Positions 40,909 through 50,339 of a stretch of 64,000 nt of DNA are shown here, one piece after another. The notes beneath the pieces were generated by a model, which worked only from the letters and a program-made list of their open reading frames with translations, made no database searches and was not told the DNA's origin. Location of the stretch: assembly GCA_946411515.1 (NCBI GenBank), contig CAMKEH010000006.1, forward strand, positions 3,560 to 67,559, given 5' to 3'. Source of the DNA: an uncultured Clostridium sp. Its GTDB lineage: Bacteria; Bacillota; Clostridia; TANB77; CAG-508. A program made the translations under genes and the position numbers. How positions within the stretch are numbered: the stretch's first letter is position 1; each line of letters starts with the position of its first letter.

Positions 40909-42252
40909 TTATTGAGCTCTTACATCCCACATTCCTGTTTCGTTATTCTTCTCACATACATATCCTGTAGCACAATATGTAGATACATCTTGGTCAAAAC
41001 TTCCACCATAAATTACTGGTGCAACATGTCCACTAGTTAAGCATAATGCTTTTCCATTTGTATAGAATGTTCCTCCATTAATTATACATGAAGATGTTTC
41101 TGTTATTCCTGCAGCTATGTCACTACTATCAGGTACAGCAAATCCAAATAAAGTACTTGATCCATTACCTCTATATGTTCCACTATTTATTGTAAAAGAT
41201 GTTCCTGCATTACCATATACTGCATAATAATTTGTTGCTGTTACATCACAATCTTCTAAAACTATATCAAATGCATTGTATGCATTTATACCTCCATCAG
41301 TTGTTATATTTTTAACAGTAATTCCATGACTAGTATTATCATTATCCCATAAGAACAATGCATAAGAACCTTTTCCTGTTGTTTGAGCATTTATAGGTTC
41401 TGCCAAAAGTGTACCATTTTGAATTGTTAAATTATCTCCTTGATAACTAACTGCAAGGTTACGAGTTGTTATTGTTTTACCATTTAAATCTAATGTTGCA
41501 TTGTCCGGGAAATTAAGCATATGACCAGGTGTTCCGCCATCTATTCTTGTATATTCTGTAAGATCTAAATCATTTTGAAGTTTTAATGTTTCTCCTTGAG
41601 CAACATTTGATAATGCTGTTTGTATATCATTTATATTATTACTAGATACATTTGTTACAAGATGTTGTCTTGCTTCAAATGTAACTGGTACTACTATAGT
41701 TCCAGCATCTACTCCCATTTGTGTATCATCTGCATTATTTTCATCATCATTTTTCCACTCTAATGTTAAAGTAATTGCTTTTTTACCATTTGCAGCTGTA
41801 AAAGCTGAGTTATTTTCTAATTCAATTAATTGTGGTTTACCTGATGTTAATACTGTATCTCCCATTTTTGTTGTTAATACCAATTTGTCATAACTTGGAA
41901 GTCCTGAAATTTGACTTTCATCTATTGTTGCTGTAAAATCAACTGCAACTTCTGTACCTGTTAAATCTAGTTCTGCTGTTGCTGTTGCCTTAGTACTTGG
42001 AGCAACTTTCCCTGCTACTACATTTGCATTTGGTTCTACTACAAAAGTAATATCTTGTGTTTGTGTTTGATATTGTGTTAAATCTTTATTTCCATTATCT
42101 GCAGTAATTGCTACTGCCCATTTTGCTACTTGCACATTTGCATCTGCTTGTCCTATTGATGCATATCTTGAATAAGTTCCAGCTATCATAAATACTGCGA
42201 TTGCTAGTATTAATAAAGCTATTATTGAATATTTTACTTTGTTTTTTTTCAT
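40909..42252 (-). CDS. SipW-type signal peptide / TasA-like N-domain fused to a right-handed beta-helix-like C-domain
   Basis: 447 aa. The N-terminal ~195 aa is paralogous to 45729-46301 (IAGTYSRYAS...VAKWAV...). The C-terminal part is G/N/T-rich with a periodic beta-helix-like pattern. Confidence 0.55.
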   Translation of the reverse strand: MKKNKVKYSIIALLILAIAVFMIAGTYSRYASIGQADANVQVAKWAVAITADNGNKDLTQYQTQTQDITFVVEPNANVVAGKVAPSTKATATAELDLTGTEVAVDFTATIDESQISGLPSYDKLVLTTKMGDTVLTSGKPQLIELENNSAFTAANGKKAITLTLEWKNDDENNADDTQMGVDAGTIVVPVTFEARQHLVTNVSSNNINDIQTALSNVAQGETLKLQNDLDLTEYTRIDGGTPGHMLNFPDNATLDLNGKTITTRNLAVSYQGDNLTIQNGTLLAEPINAQTTGKGSYALFLWDNDNTSHGITVKNITTDGGINAYNAFDIVLEDCDVTATNYYAVYGNAGTSFTINSGTYRGNGSSTLFGFAVPDSSDIAAGITETSSCIINGGTFYTNGKALCLTSGHVAPVIYGGSFDQDVSTYCATGYVCEKNNETGMWDVRAQ

Positions 42253-42352
42253 TTTTTTCTCTCCTTATATTATTTTTATTTTATTTTTTGTTCAACATCT
42301 TATAATTTTATTTTAATTTTCCCTCCTTTTCCTTTATCTATAATATTATTTT

Positions 42353-43570
42353 TTACAAATTAATAGTTTTTTCTTTTAAAGTTTTATCTTGTCCAAAAGT
42401 TTTTTTCAATATATTTACAACTGTATTAATCATATTATTTGCCTTTGTTAAAATATTATTTTCTTTTACCTCTACTGGATAAAGTTCATATTTTATTTCA
42501 AATACTTTAAAATCATCTAATTCATTTTTATTTAAACAATCTAGATATACATCTAACTCTTCTAAACTTTTACATGCAGCAATTATTGCTGGATGTACAT
42601 ATTTATTTTTAAATAATTCTATAGCCATAGGAGTTGCTTGTAATTTAGAATATTTTTCTTTTTTAGTTAATAATTTATAAGTTTCATTAATTCTTGATCT
42701 ATATAAATTTTTATAATCTGAAAATTTTCTAGTAAATTTATCTTCTATTACTTTTTCAGCACTTTCATAATTTTCATTTTTTAGTATGTTTTCTACTTCT
42801 TCTTTTGTATATGGCAAAATTACTTTGTCTTGAATTTCCGAAATTAGTAAAGTTCCATTATCTATTAATTCTTTTTCTATTTTTTCTTCTTTATCTGCTT
42901 TATTATCTACTTTTATATCTTTTATATCAGTTTCAAGGATATTATCAAATCTTATATCATTTTGAATTTCTTCTTTTTCATCATTTGAATCAAAAAATAT
43001 ATTTTCAATTGACAACTTCTCTATTGGTTTTGTTTCTTCAATTTCTTTTTCTTCAAAATTTTCAACTGATTTTAGTTCTTGTAATTGTTTTATAATTTCT
43101 TCTAAAAGATTTTCTTCTTCTATAGTTTTTAATTTATTTTTTTCTTCATTTTTAACATCTTCTACATATTCAAAAGTTTCTGTTCCTTCAAAAAATTGTT
43201 CAAGTGTCACATATTTTTCTTCTTCAAGATTTATTGTTTCTTCTTTTTGTTCTTCTATTTCTTCATGTTTTTCTATTGAATATTCAAATTTATAATCATT
43301 GCTATCATTATTATCCCACTCATTTTTTTCATTACAAAAACAAAAATTAAGTGCATTAAAATCTTCTAATATTATACTAGTACTAAATCCCAATTCTGTT
43401 TTTATCATTTCTTTATTAGTAGTATTGGTCCAATTGTCACCAAATCCATAGACAATTTTACAACTTGCAGAATTATTTTCATAAAGCATACCAAAATATG
43501 TTATTTCAATTTCTTTACTTGATATGAAATTAATACTATAATTTTTACTAACAAATTTGTTTTGCTCCAT
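42353..43570 (-). CDS. Acidic protein with an N-terminal CBM25-like module, unknown function
   Basis: 405 aa. The N-terminus has ...FGDNW....FCFCNEKNEWDNNDSNDYKF, reminiscent of starch-binding CBM25/26. It has a long Glu-rich linker. Confidence 0.45.
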   Translation of the reverse strand: MEQNKFVSKNYSINFISSKEIEITYFGMLYENNSASCKIVYGFGDNWTNTTNKEMIKTELGFSTSIILEDFNALNFCFCNEKNEWDNNDSNDYKFEYSIEKHEEIEEQKEETINLEEEKYVTLEQFFEGTETFEYVEDVKNEEKNKLKTIEEENLLEEIIKQLQELKSVENFEEKEIEETKPIEKLSIENIFFDSNDEKEEIQNDIRFDNILETDIKDIKVDNKADKEEKIEKELIDNGTLLISEIQDKVILPYTKEEVENILKNENYESAEKVIEDKFTRKFSDYKNLYRSRINETYKLLTKKEKYSKLQATPMAIELFKNKYVHPAIIAACKSLEELDVYLDCLNKNELDDFKVFEIKYELYPVEVKENNILTKANNMINTVVNILKKTFGQDKTLKEKTINL

Positions 43571-44192
43571 TTACATCTTCTCCATATTTTTTATATTTAC
43601 AAATATTATATTTTTTTCTTATTTCTTCTCTTGCAAGTATTCTATCATTCTTTTTAGATGAATAAACCCAAGCAATAATTATAATTAAAGCTATAGCGGC
43701 AATTCCTCCAGTTGTTTTTAATGCATTTACTAACAATCCTAATTTACCTATTTTAAAACTCATTGTTCCTAAGACATTTTCATACTGAATTAATTCTGAA
43801 TCTACTGAATTATTGTTATCACCCTTGGTTTTATAATACGTTTTTCCATTTTTTTCTACTATTTCAGTCACTCTATGTGTTACTGTCTGTTCTGTATTTC
43901 CTACAGAATATGTAATTACATCACCTGGTTTTATATTATTTTTTTCTGCACCTTTAACAATTACTAGATCTCCTGCATTAATTGATGGTTCCATACTTCC
44001 TGTCAATACTATAAAAGTTTTATAGCCAAAAAAGTTTATGTATTTATTTTTTTCTATAAACTTTTGAAAAAATATACTACTACACCCAAGCAATAAAATT
44101 ACTATTAATGGAATATATAAATATTTCATTTTTTTTCGTATTTTTTCTTTTTTTTCTAGTTCCTTCTTTATTATCTCATTTGTATATATCAT
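43548..44192 (-). CDS. sipW: Signal peptidase I, SipW (ER/archaeal) type, catalytically intact
   Basis: 214 aa with LTGSMEPSINAGDLVIV and VTHRV. Confidence 0.8.
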   Translation of the reverse strand: MIYTNEIIKKELEKKEKIRKKMKYLYIPLIVILLLGCSSIFFQKFIEKNKYINFFGYKTFIVLTGSMEPSINAGDLVIVKGAEKNNIKPGDVITYSVGNTEQTVTHRVTEIVEKNGKTYYKTKGDNNNSVDSELIQYENVLGTMSFKIGKLGLLVNALKTTGGIAAIALIIIIAWVYSSKKNDRILAREEIRKKYNICKYKKYGEDVNGAKQIC

Positions 44193-45028
44193 TAACTTTC
44201 CTCTTCCTCTTTTTGTATAGTATTATCTTTTGTTTGTTCTTTTTCTATTTCTTCTACTGTTTTTTCAGTTTCTTTTTCATCTTGTACTTTTTCTTGATTT
44301 TTCACTATCTCGTCTTCAATATTTTCTTCATTATTAGAATTTATATTTTCATTAATATCATTTTCCAAAGTATTATTTAATGTATTAACAGCATTAGGTC
44401 TTATATTAAAAGGTGTTGCATTATTATTATTATTATTATTATTTATAACATTTAAATTTATATCAACTGTTTTTATTATATGGAAGTTTTCGTTTGTTAT
44501 AGACTCTGCATATACTTGTAATTTTAATTTTTGTTCTCCTATTAACTCGCTAGCAGTGTTGTTATATTTAAAAAACACATCAAATATTGTGTTTTCAGAA
44601 TTCCCATCACACTTAAGTGTTTCAGGTCCAAATCCTTTTTCATCTGTGTAATTCATTGATGTAGCTGTATCAAATGTTGTTTCACTATTTGTCATTTCAC
44701 AAATTTTTATATCAAATCCTTCTACTTTTAAACCATTTTCATCTATAACTTCTAAATAATATCTTAAATTGTTAGTATTTATATTTTCATCTTCATTATT
44801 TGATATTTCATATTGAAGTTTTATTTCATTTCCTACTGTAATATTATAATTATTACTTTCAAGCGGAGTTACTTTTAATACTGTATTTGGAAAATTAGCT
44901 TTTCCAGATAGTTTAGCTACAGTTTCATATCTAGCATTTGTTACTGAAATCATAACTATAATAGAAATCATAATCATAATTACGCCAATATGTATTAAGT
45001 TGTTTTTAGTAGTTAAACTAATTTTCAC
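44192..45028 (-). CDS. Secreted protein with a SipW-type signal (TasA-like cluster member) and an Asn8 tract
   Basis: GTG start behind GGAGG. N-terminal TM followed by TNARYETV. It contains a (AAT)8 tract. Confidence 0.5.
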   Translation of the reverse strand: MKISLTTKNNLIHIGVIMIMISIIVMISVTNARYETVAKLSGKANFPNTVLKVTPLESNNYNITVGNEIKLQYEISNNEDENINTNNLRYYLEVIDENGLKVEGFDIKICEMTNSETTFDTATSMNYTDEKGFGPETLKCDGNSENTIFDVFFKYNNTASELIGEQKLKLQVYAESITNENFHIIKTVDINLNVINNNNNNNNATPFNIRPNAVNTLNNTLENDINENINSNNEENIEDEIVKNQEKVQDEKETEKTVEEIEKEQTKDNTIQKEEEES

Positions 45029-45050
45029 TATTTTTTTCCTCCAATAATTT

Positions 45051-45599
45051 TTATTCTATAATTTGTCTTACATTAATATTTGCATTAACAAAATAGTTTT
45101 TATCTGCTGTAATTAGACTGTCTCCATTCCATTTCCAATATACTCTATAAGTTTGTTTATCTGTATCATCTAGTCTTTGATAATTTTTCAAACGAATTTC
45201 ACCTGATAATTTATTTTCTTCTTTAAATTCTTCTAATTCTCCAGAATTTAAAGTGTAACCTGTTAATCTCATGTTAGAAGGTAAATTAGATAAATCGATA
45301 TTTATATTATATTTTAAAGATACTTCTGTTCCTGAAGGATCTAAAACTATATCAAAATATCCAGTTTCTCCAGGTAATATTAAGCCATTTTCTTTATTGT
45401 CATATATTAAATCTATTTTATTGTTTAATGCAGTATTTTGAACTATCGGTTCATTGTTTATTATTATTTGCCATTTAGCTATATTACTACTTGCTTCACT
45501 TTTTGCTTCAGTTGTATAACGTGAGAAAGTAACTGGTATAACAAGTAATGAAATTAACATTATAATATATAAAAAATTATATCTCTTTGTTTTATTCAT
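45051..45599 (-). CDS. TasA-like secreted protein with a SipW-type signal
   Basis: Start chosen at MNKTKRYNF so the signal length matches the paralogues. Motif VTFSRYTTE...IAKWQI. Confidence 0.5.
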   Translation of the reverse strand: MNKTKRYNFLYIIMLISLLVIPVTFSRYTTEAKSEASSNIAKWQIIINNEPIVQNTALNNKIDLIYDNKENGLILPGETGYFDIVLDPSGTEVSLKYNINIDLSNLPSNMRLTGYTLNSGELEEFKEENKLSGEIRLKNYQRLDDTDKQTYRVYWKWNGDSLITADKNYFVNANINVRQIIE

Positions 45600-45728
45600 A
45601 CTAATGACTCTGTATCTTTCACTTATTGTCAACTTTCTCACCCGCTTTCTTTAATATTTTAAAACTCTCATTGAAACCTACAAATTTTTATAGGCTTCAA
45701 TGGAAGTTTCAAAACTTCCATTTTATAA

Positions 45729-46301
45729 TTAATCAATATGTTGTTGTGCAGTTACTGTGATTGGTACTGTTACTGTTTTGGCTGCAATTCCTGCTGCTGT
45801 ATCAGTTACATTTCTTGAATCGCTGTTATCCCAAGTTAAAGTTAATTTAACTGTTTTTTTACCATTTTGTGCTGTAAAAGCTTGTCCATTTGGTAATGCA
45901 AATGTTGCTTTATCTCCAGCTGTATATGTAGCACCATCAATTGTCATTGAAAGTGTAGCACCTTCTGGTAGATTAGCTGTTGTTCCAAGTTCTGCTATTA
46001 AGTCAACTGCAACTTCTGTTCCAGCTAAATAAACATCTATATCAGCTGTAGCTTTAGTTGCTGGAGCAATTCTTTCTGGTACAACATATTCATTAGGTTC
46101 AACAACAAATGCTATATCTTTTGTTGTTGTATTTAATGCTGTGTCTCCATTTTTAATTGCTACATCCCATTTTGCAACATCTACTTTAGCATTAGCTTTT
46201 CCTGTTGTAGAATATCTTGAATATGTTCCTGCTATGAAGAATATTGCAATAACAAGTAAAATTAATGCTATAGATAATTTTAAAACTTTGTTTTTACGCA
46301 T
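45729..46301 (-). CDS. TasA/camelysin-like secreted fibre protein with a SipW-type signal
   Basis: 190 aa, reading MRKNKVLKLSIALILLVIAIFFIAGTYSRYST...VAKWDV. Ala/Thr-rich beta-type composition. Confidence 0.6.
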   Translation of the reverse strand: MRKNKVLKLSIALILLVIAIFFIAGTYSRYSTTGKANAKVDVAKWDVAIKNGDTALNTTTKDIAFVVEPNEYVVPERIAPATKATADIDVYLAGTEVAVDLIAELGTTANLPEGATLSMTIDGATYTAGDKATFALPNGQAFTAQNGKKTVKLTLTWDNSDSRNVTDTAAGIAAKTVTVPITVTAQQHID

Positions 46302-46376
46302 TTTAGATTCTCCTTTCTTTATATTTTTTTATTTTAAATGTTAATAACACTATTTATATAAATTGTAATCTAGTAT

Positions 46377-46958
46377 TTATATTATAAATTTTCTAAATTC
46401 TTTCGTTTTTTCTCGCTCATCTAATTTTTCAGCTACGTAGTAAGCAATTAGACCAATTATTAATATAATTATTATGTTTAAGAATAATACTCTTGGATCT
46501 TGTAAATACATAAATACAGTTCCTAGGCCTTGAACCTTGTTTACAAGAAGTCCTTCTACTTTTTCATTTTTAACATATTTTGTATCTCCTACCTCGGTTT
46601 TAGGTATCTGCATCAAAAAAGTTCTTCCTTCAGTTGTTTCTTGAACTTCATCTATTTTGTGAAGTATAACAAAATTATCTCCATTTCTATATGCAATTAT
46701 ATCTCCTGTTTTTAATGTATCTGTATCTACTATTTTTGTAATTGCTAAGTCTCCATAGTCAATTGATTTTTCCATATTTTCATCTAAGATTATAAATGGT
46801 TTATATCCAAATATATCAGGTACTTTATCTGGGTATACTATTGACTTATAAATTACTATCATAGATATTAATATTATTGGTATTATGATAATTCCAAATA
46901 TTATATCTAAAATATAGCTACTTATTTTTGTTTTATTTTCTGCTTCTTCTTTTTTCAT
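46377..46958 (-). CDS. SipW-like signal peptidase paralogue lacking the nucleophile Ser
   Basis: 193 aa that aligns to 43548-44192, but LTGSMEPS is replaced by LDENMEKS. Confidence 0.7.
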   Translation of the reverse strand: MKKEEAENKTKISSYILDIIFGIIIIPIILISMIVIYKSIVYPDKVPDIFGYKPFIILDENMEKSIDYGDLAITKIVDTDTLKTGDIIAYRNGDNFVILHKIDEVQETTEGRTFLMQIPKTEVGDTKYVKNEKVEGLLVNKVQGLGTVFMYLQDPRVLFLNIIIILIIGLIAYYVAEKLDEREKTKEFRKFII

Positions 46959-47142
46959 AAACTACTCTTTCAAATTAAATTTATTTTTAATTTTCATATA
47001 ATTTTTTACAATTTTATCACCTATAAAATATCAATAAATTGTAAAAAAATCAATATTTTTACATCATGTTACAAAAACTACATTTTTTTGTAATTTTTGT
47101 CATGTTTTCGTAATGTTTTTGTAACAAAATTGAGTGTAATCC

Positions 47143-47174
47143 AAAAAAAAGAAGATTACCTAAATAATCTTCTT
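47143..47174 (-). terminator. Rho-independent terminator downstream of the HipA-like gene
   Basis: Perfect 10-bp stem AAGAAGATTA/TAATCTTCTT, followed on the minus strand by T8. Confidence 0.65.
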
Positions 47175-47353
47175 TTAATAATATATAATTGAAATATCTA
47201 TCATTTCCGTTTTTTATAACCTCTATCCTATTGAGCAGTTATTCAAATTTGCTATAATACTATATTTATAAACATTTTCTTGGAATTTTCGTTTATTAAA
47301 AACTACTATTTTACTGCTATGCTATTAAATTTAATAAAACTTATTAAGCTTTA

Positions 47354-48241
47354 TTAAGTTGATTTTTTACCTAAATTTTTGTAAGCTACTGTTAAAATTC
47401 GATAATATTTTTCTTCAATAACATTTTTATAAAATTTTTTTCTAATTTCAGTTATTATATCAATACCATCTATCAATTCAAAAATCATGTTTAAATCTAT
47501 TTTATCATACATTCTCATCAAAGCTTCATTACAATCTTCATTTTCCAAATTTGTTATAAATTCATAGTATTTTATTCTCGCACCATTATCTCTTATAGCA
47601 GATGAAGTATTTTTTATACAGTCTAACATTTTAGTATTATTATTTAAGCATTCTTTCATTTCTTCATCTGTATAAGTAGAAAATAGACAAGAACCACAAT
47701 CATAAATTGGTGAAAATGTTAGTTTTTCTTCTTTTATATTTTTCAAAAATCCCCAGTTTCCATTGTGTCTATCTGTATTACCTATTAAACAATCTACAAT
47801 AAACATATTCCAAAATTTTTCTTTTAATTCATCTAAGTCTATGTTATATACTCCTGATTCAACTATATGAAAGATGTCTTTTAATTCTCTTTTAAATGGA
47901 TTTGGTTCGATACTAGCATTTTCAAATTTTTCAAATTCTACCAATTTAACTTCACTATTTGTAAAATCTTCGCATCCACATACATATCTATTTTTTCCAT
48001 CTTTATCATACGTTCCTAATGCTACTTTTTGTGTCTCAAATCCGCATATTTCAAATGTTTTTGTACCTATGTATTCAGAATATACATTATTTATATATGA
48101 TATTTCTAATTTTGATGACCTATTAGGATCCGGAAATTTTACTAAATATTTTTTATTGTTTAATATCATTGTTTTTTTCTTTTCACTACCAGTATATTCT
48201 GGTGCGATTTCTACAGCTTCTGAAAAATTTAATAACTCCAT
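47354..48241 (-). CDS. HipA C-terminal-domain-like Ser/Thr kinase
   Basis: 295 aa with the catalytic-loop motif GNTDRHNGNWGF. Confidence 0.7.
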   Translation of the reverse strand: MELLNFSEAVEIAPEYTGSEKKKTMILNNKKYLVKFPDPNRSSKLEISYINNVYSEYIGTKTFEICGFETQKVALGTYDKDGKNRYVCGCEDFTNSEVKLVEFEKFENASIEPNPFKRELKDIFHIVESGVYNIDLDELKEKFWNMFIVDCLIGNTDRHNGNWGFLKNIKEEKLTFSPIYDCGSCLFSTYTDEEMKECLNNNTKMLDCIKNTSSAIRDNGARIKYYEFITNLENEDCNEALMRMYDKIDLNMIFELIDGIDIITEIRKKFYKNVIEEKYYRILTVAYKNLGKKST

Positions 48242-48268
48242 ATCACATTTCCTCCTTCCATTTATTTT

Positions 48269-48496
48269 CTATTTATTATCTACAAACTCCTTTGCCTCTT
48301 CCATATTATCAGTTTCGACGAAAACATTTCCTTTTTCATCTTCAACTGAATATCTTGTATATTCTCCTCTAATGTATTTATATATCAAGTATCCTTTATA
48401 ATTTTCTTTTAATTCATCATATCTTCTTCTCATTGGTCCTTTACTCATTAAATCTTGTTCTTCATATTCTTTAAAATTAAACTTCATAATTTTCAC
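48269..48496 (-). CDS. Hypothetical 75-aa protein upstream of the HipA-like kinase
   Basis: ORF only. No HTH is evident. Confidence 0.4.
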   Translation of the reverse strand: MKIMKFNFKEYEEQDLMSKGPMRRRYDELKENYKGYLIYKYIRGEYTRYSVEDEKGNVFVETDNMEEAKEFVDNK

Positions 48497-48531
48497 CTAT
48501 ACTTTTTTATAAAATATAAAAACATATTAAA

Positions 48532-50034
48532 TTAATTTAAAGGCTTCATAGTTGGGAAAAATATTACATCTCTAATTGATGCTGAATTAGTAAGAAGCAT
48601 TACTAATCTATCTAAACCAATTCCCATTCCACCTGTTGGAGGTAAACCTATTTCTAATGCTGTAACGAAATCTTCATCCATTCCTCCAGCTTCTTCATCA
48701 CCTTTTTCTTTTGCTTCTACTTGTTTTAAGAATCTTTGATATTGATCTATTGGATCATTTAATTCTGAATATGCATTTCCATATTCTCTTCCACCAATAA
48801 ATAATTCAAATCTTTCTACTAATTCTGGCTGGTCTTTTTTTCTCTTTGTTAATGGTGATATTTCAACTGGATAGTCCATAATAAATGTTGGTTGAATTAG
48901 AGTTTCTTCTACAAAAGTTTCAAAGAATTCATTTATTATATGACCTCTTGTATTTTTAATTTCTTCATATTCAACACCTTTTTCTTTAGCTATAGCTTGT
49001 GCTTCTTCATCTGTTTTTATTGTGTTAAAATCAACTCCACATGCTTCTTTTATAGCGTCTATCATTGTTATTCTTTTCCATCCAGGAGTTAAATCTATTT
49101 CTAAATCACCATATGTTATTTTTGTTGTTCCTAATACTTTATTAGCTACTGTAGAAATAAGTTCTTCTGCCATATTCATCATATCATGATAATCTTCATA
49201 GGCAGAATAAAATTCCATATTAGTAAATTCTGGATTATGTTTTATATCCATACCTTCATTTCTAAAGTTTTTACCTATTTCAAATACTTTATCAATTCCT
49301 CCTACAATTAATCTTTTTAAGTTTAATTCTGGAGCTATTCTTAAATACATTTGTAAATCTAAGGTATTATGATGTGTTATAAATGGTCTTGCAGCATCAC
49401 CTGTTGCAACTGTAGTTAGCATAGGTGTCTCTACCTCCATATAACCTTTTTCATCCATAAATTTTCTTACTTCTTTTAATATTTTACTTCTTAAAATAAA
49501 TGTATTTTTTACTTCTGGATTTACTATTAAATCTGTATATCTTTGACGATATCTTAAATCCGGATCTTTTAGACCATGGAATTTTTCTGGAAGTGGTCTT
49601 AAAGATTTAGTAAGAAGTGTTACTTCTTTTGCATGAACTGATATCTCTTCTGTTCTTGTTTTAAATACAAAACCAGTAATTCCTATAATATCTCCAATAT
49701 CATACGTTTTAAATAATTTATAACTTTCTTCTCCTAAATCATTTATACTAACATAGCTTTGGATTTTTTCATCACAGTCTTGAATTGTACAAAATGATGC
49801 CTTACCCATTATTCTTTTAGCAATAATTCTACCGGCTACTGTAACATCTTTTTGTTCAAATTTTTCATAATTTGCTTTTATTTCTCCTGCAGTATTTGTT
49901 CTATTAAATTTTGTTATTTCATAAGGATTTTTTCCTTTTTCTTGTAATTCCTTTAATTTATCTCTTCTTATTTGCATTAGATGATTTATATCTAATTCTT
50001 CTACATTATTTTTGTTATTGTTATTTTCTTGCAT
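48532..50034 (-). CDS. lysS: Lysine--tRNA ligase (class II)
   Basis: 500 aa with class II motifs ([17 protein letters not shown]). Confidence 0.95.
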   Translation of the reverse strand: MQENNNNKNNVEELDINHLMQIRRDKLKELQEKGKNPYEITKFNRTNTAGEIKANYEKFEQKDVTVAGRIIAKRIMGKASFCTIQDCDEKIQSYVSINDLGEESYKLFKTYDIGDIIGITGFVFKTRTEEISVHAKEVTLLTKSLRPLPEKFHGLKDPDLRYRQRYTDLIVNPEVKNTFILRSKILKEVRKFMDEKGYMEVETPMLTTVATGDAARPFITHHNTLDLQMYLRIAPELNLKRLIVGGIDKVFEIGKNFRNEGMDIKHNPEFTNMEFYSAYEDYHDMMNMAEELISTVANKVLGTTKITYGDLEIDLTPGWKRITMIDAIKEACGVDFNTIKTDEEAQAIAKEKGVEYEEIKNTRGHIINEFFETFVEETLIQPTFIMDYPVEISPLTKRKKDQPELVERFELFIGGREYGNAYSELNDPIDQYQRFLKQVEAKEKGDEEAGGMDEDFVTALEIGLPPTGGMGIGLDRLVMLLTNSASIRDVIFFPTMKPLN

Positions 50035-50339
50035 ATTAATCTCTCCTTAAATTTATTTTAGACTTTACATATTATACCCTAAAAATAGCTATTTGTAAAG
50101 AAATAGTAGTTATTTTAAAATTATTTTTTATCCCTTTGCATCTATATTTTTCACTTTGGATTTTCACATTTTTATTAAAATCCTCACAAATATAATCAAT
50201 TAACTATAGGCAAATCTATATGAATTATTGGTTTTATTCAAGCTCTGAAAGCATTGTCATCAGTAAATATCAAACAACTTTAGATGTTTGCATTATTATT
50301 TTAGATTATCATTAATCAATTAAATAGTTGTCCATAAAT

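Noticed and set aside
44420-44443. (ATT)8 trinucleotide tract as a phase-variation switch.
   Set aside because: It is in frame, encodes Asn8 in a secreted protein, and a length change would not shift the frame. Such tracts are common low-complexity sequence in AT-rich genomes.
47232-47258. Plus-strand TTGAGC-16-TGcTATAAT promoter-like sequence pointing into the 3' end of the HipA-like gene.
   Set aside because: No ORF, hairpin or terminator follows it within about 100 nt. It may be an antisense promoter, but the sequence alone gives no support.
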